From positions 1-9,102 of the forward strand of contig JAPZAR010000032.1 in assembly GCA_027460535.1 (NCBI GenBank): a DNA stretch of 9,102 nucleotides, given 5' to 3'. Positions 6,633 to 9,102 of the stretch are shown in pieces. The notes beneath the pieces were generated by a model. The model searched no databases, was not told the DNA's origin, and saw only the letters and a list, made by a program, of their open reading frames with translations. Source of the stretch: Candidatus Methanoperedens sp. GTDB lineage: Archaea; Halobacteriota; Methanosarcinia; Methanosarcinales; Methanoperedenaceae. The translations under genes and the position numbers were made by a program. Position 1 is the stretch's first letter. Every line of letters starts with the position of its first letter.

Positions 6633-7507
6633 ATGAAAATCATCTCCATCGTGGGCGCCCGCCCCCAGTTCATCAAGTGCGCGCCGCTTTCCCGGGAACT
6701 GCGGAGTGAGCACGAGGAAGTGCTGGTGCATACGGGGCAGCACTATGACCGTGAGATGTCAGAGATATTTTTTGAGGAGCTTAATATCCCGAAGCCTGAT
6801 TACAATCTGGGCATTGGCTCAGGCAGCCATGGCGAGCAGACAGGGAAGATGCTTATTGAAATAGAGAAAGTGCTTCTGAAAGAAAAACCGGACTTGGTGC
6901 TGGTATACGGTGACACCAACTCCACTCTTGCAGGCGCGCTGGCTGCTGCGAAGCTCCATATAAGGGTGGCGCATGTGGAAGCTGGATTGCGCAGTTTTGA
7001 CAGGAGCATGCCCGAGGAAATCAACAGGGTGCTGACAGACCATATATCTGACCTGTTGTTTTGCCCAGCAGGGAGAACATGACGAATATCATGGGGGCGC
7101 TGGGTGAGGCAGGGGGGGTTGTGGTGTTTCCTGTGCATCCGAGGACTGAGAAATGTCTGAAGGAATATGGGCTGATGATGCCTGGGAATGTGAAGCTGAT
7201 CAAGCCCCTGGGGTATCTGGATATGCTTAAGCTTATGGCAAGTGCGAAGAAGATACTGACCGATTCAGGAGGTATTCAGAAGGAGGCGTATGTGCTCGGA
7301 GTGCCGTGCATCACGCTGCGGGAGAATACGGAGTGGGTGGAGACGCTGGAGGGAGGGTGGAATGTGCTGGTGGGGGCGGATAAGGGCAAGATTATAGAGG
7401 CAGTGAAATGCTGTTATCCATCTGTAACGCAGAAGGATATATTCGGCAGCGCAGGAGCGAGCGGAAGGATTTTAAGCTCCATTGCTGACATTTCATATGT
7501 AATATGA
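6633..7507 (+). pseudogene. wecB: wecB-like UDP-GlcNAc 2-epimerase with internal deletion and frame change (two ORFs, 6633-7082 and 7061-7507)
   Basis: The N-terminal ORF (149 aa) ends ...[18 protein letters not shown]. The second ORF, in another frame, reads (L)[28 protein letters not shown]...LTDSGGIQKEA...PCITLRENTEWVETLEGGWNVLVG. Together they give about 297 aa, against about 360-380 aa for known non-hydrolysing epimerases such as E. coli WecB. The segment between the ..FxPT.. and ..HR.EN.. landmarks, about 70 aa, is missing. The junction lies at about 7065-7075. Confidence 0.75.
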
Positions 7508-7643
7508 GCGAGATGAAATTTCAAAGCAGGGAATCTTATATATTAATAGATTCAAGATGTCAATGGAACATTAAAATGATCTTTAGATCAATGGATTCAA
7601 TATATTTCAAATTCTGATACTGAAGAAACAAGGTCTATAGTAT

Positions 7644-7898
7644 ATGAAAATAATATTTACAGATCATGCTAAGGTCAAGTTCAAAATCTTAAAACAACAT
7701 GGATTTGAAATAAATGAAAAACAAGTTAAAAATATCATAGAAAATCCCGATACTAAGACCAAGGGGAGAAAAGACCGGCTTATTGTTCAAGGTCTGGTTG
7801 ATGATATTCATGTGATAAGAGTTATATGTGAAATTGAGAGTAATAATATTAAAGTTATTACATTTTATCCTACCAGGAGAGAAAGATATGAAAATTAG
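7644..7898 (+). CDS. DUF4258-like putative toxin
   Basis: This is an 84-aa ORF. MKIIFTDHAKVKFKILKQHGFEINEKQVKNIIENP...IHVIRVICEIESNNIKVITFYPTRRE fits the DUF4258 pattern as I remember it (..t.HA..r...rgI....v..vi.nP ... viTvy). It overlaps the downstream DUF2283-like gene by 11 nt. A TATA-like CTTATATATTAAT lies about 90 nt upstream. Confidence 0.62.
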   Translation: MKIIFTDHAKVKFKILKQHGFEINEKQVKNIIENPDTKTKGRKDRLIVQGLVDDIHVIRVICEIESNNIKVITFYPTRRERYEN

Positions 7899-8106
7899 TT
7901 ATAATCGTGAACAAGATATTCTCATGTATGAAGTAAGTGATGAACCTATAGACTATGCTGAGGAAGTTGGACCCATTATAGTTCATTTCAGCAAAAAGGG
8001 AAAACCTGTACTTATGGAGATACTGGATGCAAGCGAATTTATTGCAGTGACAACCAAGATTACCATGCAATCCAGGAATGAAAATCCTGTTGAAGCTCTA
8101 TCATAA
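7888..8106 (+). CDS. DUF2283-like putative antitoxin
   Basis: MKISYNREQDILMYEVSDEPIDYAEEVGPIIVHFSKKGKPVLMEILDASEFI matches the DUF2283 pattern (M.i.YD.e.D.LyI.l......e.E....iil.....G..vGiEIldAS). I prefer the ATG at 7888, which is preceded by AGGAGAGAAAG, over the track start at 7828. The track start would lie inside the toxin gene. Confidence 0.75.
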   Translation: MKISYNREQDILMYEVSDEPIDYAEEVGPIIVHFSKKGKPVLMEILDASEFIAVTTKITMQSRNENPVEALS

Positions 8107-8175
8107 TCTTGTCACAGTTATCTTTCGGGTGATGGCTATAATGCAAGGTAGCTGTGAAGCGTCAAAACTGAAAGA

Positions 8176-8330
8176 GAAAATGGCTGATTCAGGCAAAGCA
8201 CTGGGAGAGGCATGTGATCTGATAGTGCCGTGCATTAAGCTGATGCAAAACACGTAATGGTTGAGGACGCTGGAGGGGTGGAATGTGCTGGTTGGGGGTG
8301 GATAAAAGCAAGATTGTGGGGGCTGGGTTC
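8176..8330 (+). pseudogene. wecB: Degenerate 3' remnant of another wecB-like copy (possibly extending to ~8400)
   Basis: This stretch aligns by eye with 7255-7400 of copy 3. The remnant reads DSGKALGEACDLIVPCIKLMQNT*WLRTLEG-WNVLVGG-DKSKI against DSGGIQKEAYVLGVPCITLRENTEWVETLEGGWNVLVGADKGKI. It has an in-frame TAA (8255-8257) and at least two frame shifts. Confidence 0.6.
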
Positions 8331-8452
8331 AACATATGACATAACTTATTACAGTTCGGCGCACCGATACGAAAACTGGGCAATCTCCTGGCGATAGAAA
8401 TAAACAAACCGCAGATGAAGGCGCCCAGAGTCACGCCTCTGGAGGGCGTGTC

Positions 8453-8475
8453 CACGCATGGCTGCGCCATGCGTG
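8453..8475. repeat. Perfect 10-bp-stem palindrome (CACGCATGGC-TGC-GCCATGCGTG) inside a GC-rich spacer
   Basis: Read directly from the sequence. A second hairpin, CACGCC-TCTGGAG-GGCGTG, lies at 8432-8450. The function of both is unknown. Confidence 0.5.
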
Positions 8476-8624
8476 TGCGCGGAGTCGAGAACCCGCAGGG
8501 TTTCGGCATGATGAACGCAGATTTGCTGACAGGGATTAGGATATATTTGATTACATGAACTATATATTTCCATAGTTGTGGCGCCCTGTGAGAACCGGGG
8601 CAACCACCAGCCTCCGCATGTCCA

Positions 8625-8669
8625 AAAGCGCCCTATTTATATATCCCGCGTTATATCTAAGAGCAGAAC
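8625..8669 (+). promoter_or_regulatory. wecB promoter block, repeat copy 4 (TATA 8636-8643)
   Basis: The block AAAGCGCCCTATTTATATATCCCGCGTTATATCTAAGAGCAGAAC lies directly upstream of the only uninterrupted epimerase reading frame. Confidence 0.65.
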
Positions 8670-9102
8670 ATGAAGCTCATCTCCATAGTGGGCGCCCGTC
8701 CCCAGTTCATCAAGTGCGCGCCGCTGTCAAGAGAACTGCGAAAAGAACATGAGGAAATTTTGGTTCACACGGGGCAGCACTACGACCATGATATGTCAGA
8801 GATATTTTTTGAGGAGCTTAATATCCCGAAGCCTGATTACAATCTGGGCATTGGCTCAGGCAGCCATGGCGAGCAGACAGGGAAGATGCTTATTGAAATA
8901 GAAAAGGTAATGATAAAGGAAAAGCCGGATATCGTTCTGGTCTACGGCGACACCAACTCCACCCTTGCAGGCGCGCTGGCTGCTGCGAAGCTCCATATAA
9001 GGGTGGCGCATGTGGAAGCTGGATTGCGCAGTTTTGACAGGAGCATGCCCGAGGAAATCAACAGGGTGCTGACAGACCATATATCTGACCTGTTGTTTTG
9101 CC
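8670..9102 (+). CDS. wecB: UDP-N-acetylglucosamine 2-epimerase (non-hydrolysing, WecB/MnaA-like), N-terminal 144 codons; continues past the right window edge
   Basis: This gene is not in the ORF track because there is no stop in the window. My manual translation is [144 protein letters not shown]. It shows the classical epimerase N-terminal landmarks (GxRPxx[30 protein letters not shown]). Confidence 0.85.
   Translation, partial: MKLISIVGARPQFIKCAPLSRELRKEHEEILVHTGQHYDHDMSEIFFEELNIPKPDYNLGIGSGSHGEQTGKMLIEIEKVMIKEKPDIVLVYGDTNSTLAGALAAAKLHIRVAHVEAGLRSFDRSMPEEINRVLTDHISDLLFC

Noticed and set aside
6800-7203. Minus-strand ORFs 6800-7138, 6819-7043 and 7021-7203, and the near-identical 8856-9080.
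   Set aside because: They are antisense shadows of wecB copies 3 and 4. Their duplication simply mirrors the wecB repeat.
8420-8500. Possible tRNA gene or fragment in the GC-rich structured stretch, as a classical integration target.
   Set aside because: There is no canonical T-arm. The closest candidate, GCGGG-TTCTCGAC-TCCGC, has an 8-nt loop lacking the GTTCRANN pattern. I could not build an acceptor or anticodon arm arrangement.
8189-8603. Minus-strand ORFs 8189-8509 (106 aa) and 8349-8603 (84 aa). I considered them as possible remnants of an integrase or transposase that could explain cassette mobility.
   Set aside because: I could find no recombinase or transposase motifs (no R..H..R..Y-type pattern and no DDE context). 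They overlap the wecB 3' remnant and the GC-rich hairpin region, and their composition is Arg/Pro/Ala-rich, as expected from GC-rich non-coding DNA. A profile search would be needed to be certain.
4337-8669. CRISPR array or integron attC array as an explanation for the regularly repeated sequence.
   Set aside because: The repeats are hundreds of nt long, contain a promoter plus coding sequence, and have variable lengths. The spacers are 0.7-1.5 kb and contain genes. No short palindromic CRISPR repeats, attC-like imperfect palindromes at cassette ends, or intI gene are visible.
1-9102. Borg-style perfect tandem direct repeats (multi-unit, intergenic or in-frame).
   Set aside because: Only one two-unit imperfect 15-nt duplication was found (5393-5422). 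The base composition also does not look as AT-rich as described for Borg elements. There is no support for that assignment from this window.

Overview
The window looks archaeal: TATA-box promoters about 30 nt upstream of start codons, and secreted proteins rich in N-glycosylation sequons. I infer an ANME-2d/Methanoperedens-like or other Methanosarcinales genome, but this cannot be proven from the sequence alone.

LEFT HALF (1-4192, minus strand). Two tandem, co-oriented paralogous genes encode large secreted multiheme c-type cytochromes.
- One is a complete 836-aa protein with 18 CxxCH and 1 CxxxxCH motifs.
- The other starts at the ATG at 1637 and is open for 545 codons to the window edge, with 13 CxxCH and 1 CxxxxCH. 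It is missing from the supplied ORF track because it has no stop codon inside the window.
- The long plus-strand ORFs across this region are antisense shadows.

RIGHT HALF (4337-9102, plus strand). A wecB-like UDP-GlcNAc 2-epimerase locus is iterated four times as direct repeats.
- Each repeat carries a nearly identical 45-nt TATA-box promoter block followed by the 5' coding sequence.
- Only the last copy (8670 onward) is open, and it runs off the window.
- The others are a 39-codon stub, a frameshifted stub and a copy with an internal deletion. A stray 3' remnant is also present.
- Each gap between repeats holds a different toxin-antitoxin pair: BrnT/BrnA-like, MNT/HEPN (MntA/HepT-like) and DUF4258/DUF2283-like.

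This repeat-spaced TA cassette array next to an extracellular-electron-transfer cytochrome pair is the most unusual structure in the window. Because it is built from repeats, assembly chimerism must be excluded before it is trusted.
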